NCBI GenBank assembly: GCA_965221065.1
Contig: OZ244861.1
Location: 2,867,956-2,931,955 of the forward strand
Source of the DNA: Dehalococcoidia bacterium
GTDB lineage: Bacteria; Chloroflexota; Dehalococcoidia; Bin125
Direction: 5' to 3'
DNA: 64,000 nt
Shown here one piece after another: positions 42,228-52,189 of this stretch. The position numbers and the translations under genes are program-made. Numbering within the stretch: position 1 is the first letter of the stretch; each line of letters begins with the position of its first letter. The notes under the pieces are model-generated. The model saw only the letters and a program-made list of their open reading frames with translations, was not told the origin of the DNA and made no database searches.

Positions 42228-43168
42228 GCGCCTGCCAGTCTTCGCTCGATTAGGTCCACGAAGGCGCGCTTCAACTCAATCCCCACCCACTTACGGTTCA
42301 ATTCGTCCGCGGCCAGGAGCGTGGTTCCGGAGCCTGCGTACGGGTCAAGGACGACGCTGCCCATCTGACTGGTGATCGCGATGCATCGCCGCGCCAGGGA
42401 GAGCGGCATCATGGCTGGATGATCGTCCGTGTCTCCGTTGGGCCGCTGCAGCGGTTCGGTCGGAATCTCCCAGACGCTGCGCAGTCGCCTGCCTCGCGGA
42501 CCCTTCACAGCGTCGATGTCGTAGTAGTAGTCCTGGGACTTGGATAGCAGGAAAATCGTTTCGTGCGCCTTGGTCGGACGGTCGCGGACTGACTCCGGGT
42601 GCGCGTTCGGCTTGGACCAGATCACTTCCGCACGGACCCACCAACCGGCGTCCTGGAGCGCGAGCGCCAACCGCCAGGGCACTCCGATCAGGTCCTTTGG
42701 CTTGAGTCCCTCGGGTGTCGGCGGGCGGACGCTCATCGCGCGCGCCCGGTTCTTGCGATCGGGCGCACGGTAGCGGCGGTTGCCAGAGGTATAGGAATCG
42801 CCCACGTTGAGCCAGACGGTTCCGTCGTCGCGCAGCACGCGCTTGACCTGCTCGAATGCGGAGACGATGCTGCAGACGTAGGCGTGCAGGCTTTCGTCCC
42901 TTCCAATCTGTTCGTCAACGCCATAATCTCGCAGCGACCAATACGGCGGCGATGTCAATACCGTCTGCACCGATCTGTCGGGCAGTGACTGCAGCGCCTG
43001 TTCTGCGTCGCCGTGCAGGAGCGTCGATTGGCAGATGTCGTCGAAACGCGAGTGCTCGAAGTCGTCAATGCGTCTGTAAGGGCTGCGACGGTTGGTGGCG
43101 AGTCGGGTACCGCGCGAGCTGAACTCTGCGACTTGTTTGGCCCCGATGGCTGTCTGGTCGTCTTTCAC
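42221..43168 (-). CDS. DNA methyltransferase, beta-class (N6-adenine or N4-cytosine)
   Basis: Motif IV VLTSPPYW precedes motif I VLDPYAGSGTT; this order is characteristic of beta-class amino-MTases; 315 aa. Confidence 0.8.
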   Translation of the reverse strand: MKDDQTAIGAKQVAEFSSRGTRLATNRRSPYRRIDDFEHSRFDDICQSTLLHGDAEQALQSLPDRSVQTVLTSPPYWSLRDYGVDEQIGRDESLHAYVCSIVSAFEQVKRVLRDDGTVWLNVGDSYTSGNRRYRAPDRKNRARAMSVRPPTPEGLKPKDLIGVPWRLALALQDAGWWVRAEVIWSKPNAHPESVRDRPTKAHETIFLLSKSQDYYYDIDAVKGPRGRRLRSVWEIPTEPLQRPNGDTDDHPAMMPLSLARRCIAITSQMGSVVLDPYAGSGTTLLAADELNRKWVGIELKRAFVDLIERRLAGAC

Positions 43169-43328
43169 TCGTATTCTCCGTCAGGCCCGTTCCAACCGGA
43201 ATCGAAGCAAGCCAATCTGTCCCGCCCCCTGCGGCTACACCGCCGCCGATCCAGGGATAGTCCTATCTGGGGCCAGCTTCGGCCTTAGGTCTGCAGATTA
43301 GCCGAACTGGTTACGTTGCTCGGCCAAG

Positions 43329-44072
43329 TCAGGAGCGCTCAGTACGGTTCTGGCAACCGGGAGAACAGCGAGAGGACTGGGGCGACAGGCCGCACCACTC
43401 ATCTGCTTCGCCGCTGAGTCTCCCTTCGATCCTGCGACCGTCGGGACGGCGTGAATGGACTCGATCGCAGGCCGCCGGTCTGGGCTCCCCGAATCCCGAC
43501 CCCGAGCTGTCTCGTTTCGCAGTGGGCCAAACGGCGCATACTGGGCCGTCGCGAGCCAGCGTGCGACGGCCGGTGACGTGGACCGGCAAGTTGTAGCGGC
43601 TGTTCCCTAGGTCCTCTGGAACCGCCCGCAGTAGCCGTTCAACCGCTAGGGAACCATCGAACTTGATCAGTTCGAGCGGGTGCGCTCTTTGGTCATCCTT
43701 AGGCCGCCGCGTACCGTGGTAGCGCAGGTAGGGAGCGTTTCGAGTGGTCATGATCGTGACCCGGACCAGGCGGTCCTCCCATCGAGGAGGAACGGCTGGT
43801 CGCGGCCATCGCGGTGCAGCACGCGGACGGCGTCGGGCGGGATCGAACAGAGCCTTGTCATCGAGGCGGGACTGGCGCAAGGCTCGGTGGGGCGGATTGA
43901 GCTGAGTAAGTTCCCAGCCATTTGAGAGAGCCCGCTCGGTCAGCGCCGCCGGTGTCCCGTGCGAGCCTCCGGTGTGGGTGAGATGACGCAGCGGAAGCGC
44001 GACCAAATGATCGAGCTGCAACCAGGACCATTCGGCCAGCGGACCAAGCATGCGTATATCGGGCTGTTTCAA
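43329..44072 (-). CDS. Hypothetical protein (247 aa), Arg/Pro-rich
   Basis: ORF in the element; no recognisable domain; some overlap with a plus-strand shadow ORF. Confidence 0.35.
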   Translation of the reverse strand: MKQPDIRMLGPLAEWSWLQLDHLVALPLRHLTHTGGSHGTPAALTERALSNGWELTQLNPPHRALRQSRLDDKALFDPARRRPRAAPRWPRPAVPPRWEDRLVRVTIMTTRNAPYLRYHGTRRPKDDQRAHPLELIKFDGSLAVERLLRAVPEDLGNSRYNLPVHVTGRRTLARDGPVCAVWPTAKRDSSGSGFGEPRPAACDRVHSRRPDGRRIEGRLSGEADEWCGLSPQSSRCSPGCQNRTERS

Positions 44073-44349
44073 GGGGCGGGCAATATCGGGTCCGCCGGAT
44101 GTCGGGAGGCTGCGACCTCGATTGGACCTGAGACCCGGGGCCAGCGGGCGTCCGACCGCCTAGGTCCTATCGGACGCCGGGTGGCCCTGCGCCTTGCGCA
44201 GGCTGAATCTGCATCAACAGGCGGGACTGCGCCAAGTCTCCACATCCGTTGTCATGTAGGCGGCCTCCCGCTCGAGGCCAGAGCCTCAACCGGGTGGCGC
44301 ACCGCCGCGCGACCAGCCACACAGCGCCATCAAGTCCATCTGGTCGAAC

Positions 44350-46920
44350 TCACTCGGACGGCTTCTGGCGCTTGGTTCGCGGCCTATTGCGTTTCTTCTT
44401 GAGCGGCGCATCGTCGGGCGTCTCCGCCTGCTCCTGGGCCTGTTCGGCCTCAGCAGCGAACTGCTTGGCCCGCTTGCGGCGCTCGGCTTGCTGCTTCTCG
44501 ATGTCCTCGGCCGAGGTCAGATAGGCGGCCGCCGCCTGGCGGATCTGCTCCTCCCGCTCCGGATGGCCGAGGTCCGGCCTGCGCACAGTCATCGAGAACG
44601 TCGGCAGGGTGTCCGTGCCGACCGAGGCGCGGACGTAGCAGTGGTGCCGCGGCTGGAGCACGAGGTCGTCTTCCGAGATCCGCTGTCGGCCCAGCTCCCA
44701 GAGCAGCTCGCGCGCGTCGGCGCCGGCCACCTGGAACACGGCCAGGCAGCCGATGTTGGCCAGCAGGGTGTGGCGCATCGTGGGCGAGAGCGCGTCCAGC
44801 TTGGCCAGGCTCTGGGTGGCGAGCAGGAACGAGGCGCCGTACTTGCCCAGTTCGGAGAGCATCGACTCGAAGTCGACGCCGGGGATCGTCTGCATCTCGT
44901 CGACCACGACCAGCGCGCCGCGGCGCTGCGCCTGGGGCAACCGCTCCTGCTCTCGGATGGTCGCGTCGACCAGGTTGAGTACCGAAGCGCCGACCAGGGC
45001 GGCCACGTCGCGGCCGACCGCACCCTGGGCCGTGGAGACCAGAAGGATGCCGCCCTCGAGGATGGTCCGCCTGAGGTCGACGGTCGAGCGCGGCTGGCCC
45101 AGGATCGCCCGCGCCCGCTCCGAGGAGGCGTAGTAGGTGAGGCGGGTCTGGACCGGGGCCAGGGCTTCCGCCTGGTATTCGGTGCGCCAGCCGCCGAAGT
45201 CGCGCGCCCACCATTCGAGCAGGTAGGGGTCGCGCAGCTTCTTCAGCACGTCCCCGCGGAACCCCTTGTGCGTGAGCAGCCGTAGGGCGTCGAGGATCGT
45301 GTACTGCTCGTGCTCCTCGGTCGAGGGATGCGCGTTGGCCTCGTGCAGGGTCTTGACCGTCTGCTCCAGGATCGACTGCATTCTCGGACCCCACTGTTCC
45401 CACAGCCCGCGAGCGACGCGGACGACCGAGTCGGCGGTCCGGTCGCGGTCCGAGAAGATGCGCGTATCGAGCAGGTTGATGCCGACCGCGCCGCGCTGGT
45501 CGGCCAGGTCGATCAGCCGGACCTCCGAGACGAGCGACTCGGGCACCTGCTCCAGGATGTCGGAGACGAGGTCGGCGTGCGGGTCGACCACGACGATCGC
45601 GTCGCGGTCGCGGCCGGTCGCCTTCTCGCTGAGCTTGTGGGCGACGATATGGCGCATCAGGGTCGATTTGCCCATCCGGGTGCGGGCCACGTAGAGGTGG
45701 TGGCGGCGCAAGAGATCGTCGGGGAGGCGGATCTCGCGGGGCAGGTCGGCGGTCGTGTCGCCGACCACTGCGCCCTCCCTCAGCGCCTGGCGGGGCGGCA
45801 AGAGCAGCTTGGAGCGGGAGCGCTCCAGCTCGTGCGTCTCGTCCGAGGGACCGGGCGGATGCCAGAGCGCGGCCGCCTCGCGCACGCCGAGCACGCTGTG
45901 GCGTCCGAACAGGCCCGCCCCGGCCGGCTCCAGCGTGATCGCCTCGGGCGGGAGCGGGCGGACCTTGCCCCGCTTGAACTGCGCGCCGGCGGGATGGTCG
46001 TAGTGCGCGTAGGCGGCCGCGACCCGCTCCAGCAGCTGCGTCGCCCGGGTCCGGCCCAGCTCCTCGGGTTCGCCCTTCTTGGCGGGCAGCACGCAGACCA
46101 GTTCGACCTCGCCCAGGAAGGCTGAGCGCTCGCACTTCTCGCGAACGAGGCGCGGGTCGAAGACGCGCTTGCGGGAGCCCTTCCAGCGCCTCCTGATCCA
46201 GGTGAGCACGGCCAGCGCGCCGACCACGGCCACCACGAGTGCGACCACGTTTCCGATCTCGCCGGCCTGCCACCACGTGACGCCCAGGGCCGTGCCGCCC
46301 CCGAACAGGACGAGCACGGTGATCGCGAAGGGATCGAGGCCGCTCATCAGCGCCGGCGCGCCGGCCGGCGGCGGAGGCGGCGGGCGCTCGGCTTCGTAGA
46401 GCCGGGCCAGGTGATGTTGCGACCAGTCCGGGCGCAGCGCGCGCAGCTTGAGCCGGGCCACGAGGCGCTCGTCCGGCTCGGCCTCGGCCAGCGCCCCGAT
46501 CAGGGCGAGCAAGGGGTCGGAGCCGGGGTCGACGAGGTCGCGGTCCTGGAATGTGCGCAAGGGGACCTGCTCGGGGCCTGAGGCGCGCAGGGTCAGTGAC
46601 CAGGCTTGCTCGTCCTCCGCCAGCTGGAGCGGATCCTCCGCCTCGTCCAGCTGGCGCACCCGCGCCTGCGGGTAGTGGGCCGCGATCTGGCCGCGCACGG
46701 TCTCGCCCCGGAGGCAGCGGACCATCAGCCCGACCCCCGACTGGCCCGCGGCCAACTCGAGGGAGAAGGGCTCCGGCACGGCGATCGAGCCGAGCAGGTT
46801 CTCAACGCCCAGGAGCGTGCGTTCGCCCGTGCGCGGCGGGGTCACAGCGAGCAGCAGCGGCCCGGCCGGACCGCGACGGAAGCGGCGGAAGGGATTAGGG
46901 ATGGATGGTGTCATGGTCAA
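44350..46920 (-). CDS. FtsK/HerA-superfamily DNA-translocase-like ATPase with N-terminal TM region (conjugative coupling protein TraD/VirD4/TcpA-like)
   Basis: TM helices near residues 180..240; Walker A HLYVARTRMGKSTLM; Walker B ALVVVDEMQ; 856 aa. Confidence 0.55.
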   Translation of the reverse strand: MTMTPSIPNPFRRFRRGPAGPLLLAVTPPRTGERTLLGVENLLGSIAVPEPFSLELAAGQSGVGLMVRCLRGETVRGQIAAHYPQARVRQLDEAEDPLQLAEDEQAWSLTLRASGPEQVPLRTFQDRDLVDPGSDPLLALIGALAEAEPDERLVARLKLRALRPDWSQHHLARLYEAERPPPPPPAGAPALMSGLDPFAITVLVLFGGGTALGVTWWQAGEIGNVVALVVAVVGALAVLTWIRRRWKGSRKRVFDPRLVREKCERSAFLGEVELVCVLPAKKGEPEELGRTRATQLLERVAAAYAHYDHPAGAQFKRGKVRPLPPEAITLEPAGAGLFGRHSVLGVREAAALWHPPGPSDETHELERSRSKLLLPPRQALREGAVVGDTTADLPREIRLPDDLLRRHHLYVARTRMGKSTLMRHIVAHKLSEKATGRDRDAIVVVDPHADLVSDILEQVPESLVSEVRLIDLADQRGAVGINLLDTRIFSDRDRTADSVVRVARGLWEQWGPRMQSILEQTVKTLHEANAHPSTEEHEQYTILDALRLLTHKGFRGDVLKKLRDPYLLEWWARDFGGWRTEYQAEALAPVQTRLTYYASSERARAILGQPRSTVDLRRTILEGGILLVSTAQGAVGRDVAALVGASVLNLVDATIREQERLPQAQRRGALVVVDEMQTIPGVDFESMLSELGKYGASFLLATQSLAKLDALSPTMRHTLLANIGCLAVFQVAGADARELLWELGRQRISEDDLVLQPRHHCYVRASVGTDTLPTFSMTVRRPDLGHPEREEQIRQAAAAYLTSAEDIEKQQAERRKRAKQFAAEAEQAQEQAETPDDAPLKKKRNRPRTKRQKPSE

Positions 46921-46959
46921 GGTCCGTTCATCAGTGGGAAGCCGATCGGCTCGGGCGGC

Positions 46960-47478
46960 TCAGGGGAGTGGGATCTGGCCGGTACTGCTCAGCAGCCGCA
47001 GGACCTGGGCGGCGGCGATCGTCACCACGCCGAAGCCGATCCAGGCCAGGGACTCGCAGAGCCGATCGCCCGTCCACTCCCGGTAGCGGCGCCGCAGCTG
47101 CTCGCCGCCCCAGTAGAGGCCGTAGACGGTGATGACGGCCCCGAACGCGGTCATGAGGGCCAGCGCGTCTCCCAGCGCCTGGACGGGGCTGAATGTCTCG
47201 ACCCGATGGACGATCATCGCGGCCACTAACGCCAGGCTCAGGCAGAGCAGGAACAGATCGCGGCCGACGCCCCGCGCTCGCGCACGCAGACTTGGTCGCC
47301 CGCGCGGCGAGCGGGGCGGAAGCGGTTCAAGCCGCGGCGCCGAGCCGCTGGCAGGCTGAGCTGCACGGCCGAGGGGCGCGATCAGCCAGATCAGGGCCCG
47401 GCCTCCGGGCCGGGCCGGGTCGTGTGGCTGGTAGGGGTCTCGTGAATACATGTGGGTACTCCGTTCGTAAGGGTTCAC
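46960..47478 (-). CDS. Hypothetical membrane protein
   Basis: Several hydrophobic helices (FLLCLSLALVAAMIV, AFGAVITVYGLYW, GFGVVTIAAAQVL); start uncertain. Confidence 0.4.
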   Translation of the reverse strand: MNPYERSTHMYSRDPYQPHDPARPGGRALIWLIAPLGRAAQPASGSAPRLEPLPPRSPRGRPSLRARARGVGRDLFLLCLSLALVAAMIVHRVETFSPVQALGDALALMTAFGAVITVYGLYWGGEQLRRRYREWTGDRLCESLAWIGFGVVTIAAAQVLRLLSSTGQIPLP

Positions 47479-47750
47479 GGGATCAGGCCGACCGGCGGCG
47501 GCGCCAGCGGCAGGGCGGGCTGGGCGGCCGCGCCGATGACGAGTTCGGCCGAGCCGAAGCCGGCCACGGCGATCGCGACCGCCAATAGCGCGGTCAGCAT
47601 CGCCCGCTTGCCGCTCTCGGCCTGGCCGCTCGCGCCTGCGGCGGTCACGTAGAGCGTGGCGCCGAAGGCGAAGTAGCCGGCGCCGAATGCCCCGGCCAGG
47701 GCGACCAGCAGCGCGGTGAACAGGGGGATGGATTGGACGAGTTCAGACAT
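47475..47750 (-). CDS. Small hydrophobic protein (91 aa), possibly pilin/VirB2-like
   Basis: Two long Ala/Gly/Leu-rich hydrophobic segments; its stop overlaps the start of 46960..47478; lies between the coupling ATPase and the 553-aa gene. Confidence 0.4.
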   Translation of the reverse strand: MSELVQSIPLFTALLVALAGAFGAGYFAFGATLYVTAAGASGQAESGKRAMLTALLAVAIAVAGFGSAELVIGAAAQPALPLAPPPVGLIP

Positions 47751-48143
47751 ACGAGGTGCTCCATTCAGGATTGGATCCGGTGGCGGCGTCCCGTACGGGA
47801 CGCGTGACGGTTCAGCACATGGCCCTCCTCCGTTCTCGCAGCTCAGACGGCGCCGCTAGAGCGCGGGTCCGAGCCGCGTTGACGCTCAGCGAGCGGTGCG
47901 CTGCCGGAGACGGGCGCCCGCCTGTGCGCTTGATTCGAAGCGGCGTTCTCAGATCCATCACAGCACATCCGTTCTCTCAACGAGAGAGAACTAGTGTTCC
48001 CTATTCAGAGGGCGGTTGCAATGACGTCGAAGGCCGACGGTCCACATATCCCGCCGCCTCGGGAGGGCCAATCTGTCGCGAAGTTTGCAGAACGGGCCGG
48101 TCTGGGGACACCTGCGAGCGCGCACCGGAGGGCCTGACGCCGT

Positions 48144-49805
48144 TCAGTCCCAAGCGAACGGATCCATCTGCGCCCAGCCGCCCGGGCCACGCCAGGCCGG
48201 GCCCAGGGGACCGAGCGTTTCGATCCGCTCGCGGTCGGAGACCAGCAGCGGCAGTTCGACCCGCGCCCGCGCCAGCTCCGAGCGGGCAACTGTCAGGAAG
48301 CGGTCGGCGGCCAGCGGGTCGTCGAACACCACCCAGAGCTGCGGTTGGGCGCCGTGATCGTCGACCGGGCGGCGGCTGGCGAAGTAGCACAGGTAGGGCG
48401 CCAGCCGGGTTCTCATCGTCCGTGGCCGGATCGCGCGCCGCTCCCATTCGAGGAAGGCCGGCCTCAGCTCGCCGCCCGAGCGCAGCAGGATGAAGGCGTC
48501 CGGGTGGATCGAGCGCAGGCCGCCCTCATGACGGAAGTAGCGCGAGGCCCGGTGGGGCGGGTCGAGCTGGCTCAGCTCCAGACCCAGTCCGAGGGCCTGA
48601 GCGGCCAGCGCCGCGGCGAAGCCGTGCACGGCCTCGGTGTGATCCAGGTGGCGCAGCAGCTGGCGCGAGCGGCGGCCGGGCACGTCGCGCCAGTCGAAGG
48701 CTGCGCCAGACTCGTTGGAGCCCGAGCTCCAGCGCCGGCGTGCGTCGGCGGCCGAGGAGCGGTCCCGGCGCGCGAGCATCACCAGCGCCCGGTCCGTGAG
48801 CGCCAGCCGGCGGCGGCCCTCCAGGCGCGGGGCGCGGACCAACTCCAGCTCCTCCAGGGAGCGGGTCAGCTGCGAGACCCGGCGGCGGCCGACGCCCAGG
48901 AGCCCCTCAAGCTGATCGGGCCCAAGCCAGGGCCAGTCGGCGATCAAGTCGAGGGTCCGCTTCTCGGCCGGCCCCAGCCGGCTGGGCAGCAGTCGGCCCT
49001 GGGCGGCGTGTTCACTGAGCGGACGCGGCAAGGAACGCCTGAGCGGCAGACGCTCGCGGGCCCACTCGCCCGGCGTGCGGATGAACCCGAGCGCGTCGGC
49101 GAGGCTCAGGGCCGGCCCGCCCGCGGCCGGGATCCAGACCGCGTCGTCGGCCGAGGCTCGCGCGGCATGCCGCTCAAGCGCGAGGAGGCAGCTGAACGGC
49201 AGACCCCGCGCGATCCGGCGCAGATGGCGCAGGCGGGTCCCATCCGAAACGAGGAACAGCGCGGCCGAGTAGCGCGGACCCTCGCCCAGGCGGCGCAGAC
49301 GCTGGGCAGCCGCGGTCCGCTCGACGCCCCGGCCCAGTCGCAGCAGCGCCAGCGTGCGCCCGTCGGCCAGCGCCGCGGCAGCATCGGGTGGAGACGAGCG
49401 GTACCAGCGCAGACGGATCGGGTAGGCGGCCTCGGCCAGCGCGGACGCGAGCCGGTAAATCACAGCCGCCCCGTCCAAGCGGACGATCAGGTTGCGGCGC
49501 CACTCCTCCGAGACCGGAAGCTCGGCCAGCAGTTCCTTCAGGCTGGCGCCGCGCTCACGGGCGAGACGCTCCAGGCCGGCTGAACTGAGCAGGAAGCGGC
49601 GGGCGCCGGAGACGAACTCGCCGGCGTGCGGGAGCGACTCGACCAGACCCTGCTCAGACAGCGCACCCAGGCCCAGATAGACCCCGGCGGTCGAGCGGCC
49701 CGAGAGCGACGCCAGCTCGATCCGATCGACGAGCGGCGTCACGGCCAGCTGCCCCAGCAGATCGATCTGCCCGGGACTCAACCCCCGCTCCATCTCCCGC
49801 TCCAA
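48144..49805 (-). CDS. Hypothetical protein (553 aa) with repeated winged-helix-like segments
   Basis: Long ORF with ATG start, Leu/Arg-rich; no confident domain; could be a replication-relaxation or relaxase-like function (speculative). Confidence 0.4.
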   Translation of the reverse strand: MEREMERGLSPGQIDLLGQLAVTPLVDRIELASLSGRSTAGVYLGLGALSEQGLVESLPHAGEFVSGARRFLLSSAGLERLARERGASLKELLAELPVSEEWRRNLIVRLDGAAVIYRLASALAEAAYPIRLRWYRSSPPDAAAALADGRTLALLRLGRGVERTAAAQRLRRLGEGPRYSAALFLVSDGTRLRHLRRIARGLPFSCLLALERHAARASADDAVWIPAAGGPALSLADALGFIRTPGEWARERLPLRRSLPRPLSEHAAQGRLLPSRLGPAEKRTLDLIADWPWLGPDQLEGLLGVGRRRVSQLTRSLEELELVRAPRLEGRRRLALTDRALVMLARRDRSSAADARRRWSSGSNESGAAFDWRDVPGRRSRQLLRHLDHTEAVHGFAAALAAQALGLGLELSQLDPPHRASRYFRHEGGLRSIHPDAFILLRSGGELRPAFLEWERRAIRPRTMRTRLAPYLCYFASRRPVDDHGAQPQLWVVFDDPLAADRFLTVARSELARARVELPLLVSDRERIETLGPLGPAWRGPGGWAQMDPFAWD

Positions 49806-49877
49806 CCCGGCCCCGACGGGCCCAACGGCGGCCCTCGTCCGGCCTGCTGCGCTTACAGGAACACTTGTACTACGATG

Positions 49878-51089
49878 AGCCCAGAGATGCGAGTTGTCCG
49901 AGTTTTGTCCGGGGTTTGTCCAGGGTTCGAGGCCCTACCCGTGTACAGGAAGATGGACTGGACAACTCCTGGACAAGTGGGGGCGGGAGCCAGTGTTTTA
50001 CCGGGCGAAGTCCGTGCGGCGAGCGGGATCGGGCAAGCAACTTGTGCGCGTGCTGGTTCTAGTGGCCGTTGGACAGTTGGAACGGCGGGGGCGGTCGTGA
50101 TGGAGGGGCAAGAGGCGCTGAGCGAGGGCGGGGCGGGGGGTGCAACACCTCGGTCCCCTCAGGACGGCGGGGCGGTTACGGCCGGTCCCCGAGCGGGGCG
50201 GCTGGGCGGCCTCCTACAGGACCTCCTCGCCGCCCGCGGCCGCCTCAGGACGTCCGAGTTGCTGGGCGTCAGCGAGCGCACGCTCCAGCGGGCTGAGGCG
50301 GAGGGGCGTCTGACGGAGCAGCTCTGCCGGACCTTGGAGCGCTACGAGGCGGGGTTGCTCGAGTCCCGTGAACAGCCTGTGGATACCGTGGACAACGCGC
50401 AAGAACTGGCGCGTCTCAGGCGGCGTCTGGACAAGCTGGAGCGGGTGCAGCAAGCAGTGTCGGACGACCTGCCCGAGGTGCCCGAGGCGCTGGCGCGACT
50501 TGAGGCTTCCGTGGGAGACCTGCAGCAGCGAGTGGCTGCGCTAGAACATGGCGGCGATGGCGGGGATGGCGGGCGTCCGGCTGGGTTGGTGGGCGCTTCG
50601 GCGCGAGCGACATCGACGGGATTGACGGCGTCGACAGCGTCGACGAGGTCAAGCTCGCGGGCAACCAGGGCTCCCCACCGCCGCTACCCCGAGCTGGTCA
50701 CGGTTGAGGCGGAAGCGGAGGAGGAGCGGTTCTACGGCGCGGCGATGGAGGACATCGTCCAGTGGCGTCTGGCGCGGCTGCGACGGGAGCAAGTGGCGGC
50801 GACGACGGGCAAGACGGACAGGACGGGCAAGATGGGCAAGACGGGCGCCACCCTGGAGCGTCTGCGGGCCGACGAGCGGCTGCTGGAGTTGGAACAGGCG
50901 TTGGTGGGCGAACACGGCCTGACCCTGCCTCCCGCCGACCGCCCCTGGGACGGGATCCGGCGGCAGTCGGAACTGCGCGTGCTCGACCAGGCCATCGGCC
51001 GGCTGCGGCGCGACCGGCGCGGGGCCCAGCTCGCGCACTGGAGCTTGCGGCTGCTGACGTTGGGGTTGTGGGGACGACGGCGAGGTTAG
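49878..51089 (+). CDS. Hypothetical coiled-coil protein (start uncertain)
   Basis: The C-terminal 250 aa are clearly helical/coiled-coil ([34 protein letters not shown]); the N-terminal region is of doubtful coding quality. Confidence 0.35.
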   Translation, partial: SPEMRVVRVLSGVCPGFEALPVYRKMDWTTPGQVGAGASVLPGEVRAASGIGQATCARAGSSGRWTVGTAGAVVMEGQEALSEGGAGGATPRSPQDGGAVTAGPRAGRLGGLLQDLLAARGRLRTSELLGVSERTLQRAEAEGRLTEQLCRTLERYEAGLLESREQPVDTVDNAQELARLRRRLDKLERVQQAVSDDLPEVPEALARLEASVGDLQQRVAALEHGGDGGDGGRPAGLVGASARATSTGLTASTASTRSSSRATRAPHRRYPELVTVEAEAEEERFYGAAMEDIVQWRLARLRREQVAATTGKTDRTGKMGKTGATLERLRADERLLELEQALVGEHGLTLPPADRPWDGIRRQSELRVLDQAIGRLRRDRRGAQLAHWSLRLLTLGLWGRRRG

Positions 51090-51143
51090 GTGCGGTGCTC
51101 AGGCGATCTCTCCACGATGCAGGGCATCATCAGGTGATGCGAC

Positions 51144-52067
51144 TCACCGAGGTCGTCTTCGACCCGCTTGCCGTCGCCCCCGGTCACGATGCGGGTCGTC
51201 CGACACCGCAGCCCGTCGTAGCCGGGCTCGACCACGATCTCCTCGCCAGGCGCCAGGCGCCAGGTTCGGGTCGGTCACCCATGTGGTGCTGAACGGCTCG
51301 CGTGCCGGTTCACTCACACGCAGCTCGACCGTGAACTCTCGCGGCCGGGCTGCGCTCACGCTCGCCTGCACACCGTCCGCGTCGGCCGCCACGCCCAGCC
51401 GGACGGCGTAAGCGAAGGGATTGCGGAAGCGCAGGTCTCGGTAGCCGTAGACGATCGCCGCGTCGCGGCCGAGTTCGAAGTAGCGCTTGTCGCCGTAGGT
51501 GTCGACGCTGTGACACCAGCGCTCTGCAATCTCTAACCCCGCCAGCAGCGCCGCGTTGTAGACCACGGTCGAGAGCAGGCAGGTCGCCCCGCCCAGTTCG
51601 GTCACGAGCCGACCCGCCCGGATCGCGGCCGCCTCGGCGTAGCCCGCCTCGATCGTCGGTGGACCGGCCCGCCGCCAGAGGGAGAACGTCTCGCCCGGCC
51701 CCAGCACGGCCCCATCCAGCGCAGCCGCCAGCAGGCGCTGGTTGCGGCGCTTGGCGCGGGCCAGTCGCCGCTGGCCCGGGTAGTCGATCATCGGTCCGCG
51801 GTAGGCGCTGTGCTCGTAGGGCCACGGATCCGCCAGCGACGTTTCGGCGAAGGCGACGCCCGAGCGGCGGTCGCGCAGCGCCCGGCGCAGCAGCGCGATC
51901 CGAACGCGCGGCTCGTCGGGCAGGTAGCGCCGTGCTAGCGCTCGCAGTCTGAGTGCGGTTCTGGTTGAGACTTGGCGGTTCATGCTGGCGTCGGCCCGTC
52001 CCGCGCATCGGGAATCGGGCGGGACGCTCCTTTCACTCAGACGAGGGTGAGCCCGCGCAAGTTCCAT
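51144..52067 (-). CDS. VanW-like domain protein
   Basis: ETFSLWRRAGPPTIEAGYAEAAAIRAGRLVTELGGATCLLSTVVYNAALLAGLEI resembles the VanW core (GGG(V/T)CQ.S..LYNA); alternative ATG at 51983. Confidence 0.55.
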   Translation of the reverse strand: MELARAHPRLSERSVPPDSRCAGRADASMNRQVSTRTALRLRALARRYLPDEPRVRIALLRRALRDRRSGVAFAETSLADPWPYEHSAYRGPMIDYPGQRRLARAKRRNQRLLAAALDGAVLGPGETFSLWRRAGPPTIEAGYAEAAAIRAGRLVTELGGATCLLSTVVYNAALLAGLEIAERWCHSVDTYGDKRYFELGRDAAIVYGYRDLRFRNPFAYAVRLGVAADADGVQASVSAARPREFTVELRVSEPAREPFSTTWVTDPNLAPGAWRGDRGRARLRRAAVSDDPHRDRGRRQAGRRRPR

Positions 52068-52189
52068 GCTGCGCTGCGTCGTGCGCCCACGGAGGGCACG
52101 GACCTATGCTGATAGCGGCGCGCAGATGACGGCTGCCCGGTCGCCGGGTTGCGCGCGCCGTTGGCGCAATCAGCGAGAGGGACACCCGC

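Noticed and set aside
44450-46276. 608-aa alternative-frame minus ORF and long plus ORFs (45310..46125, 44488..45285) within the coupling-ATPase locus
   Set aside because: Arg/Pro/Gly-rich translations characteristic of out-of-frame reading of GC-rich coding DNA. The 856-aa frame carries Walker motifs and TM helices.
49626-49877. N-terminal extension of the 487-aa ORF (49626..51089)
   Set aside because: The upstream part (RERLDQTLLRQRTQAQIDPGG..PRPACCAYRN) looks non-protein-like and overlaps the 3' end of the convergent 553-aa gene. An internal start is more plausible.
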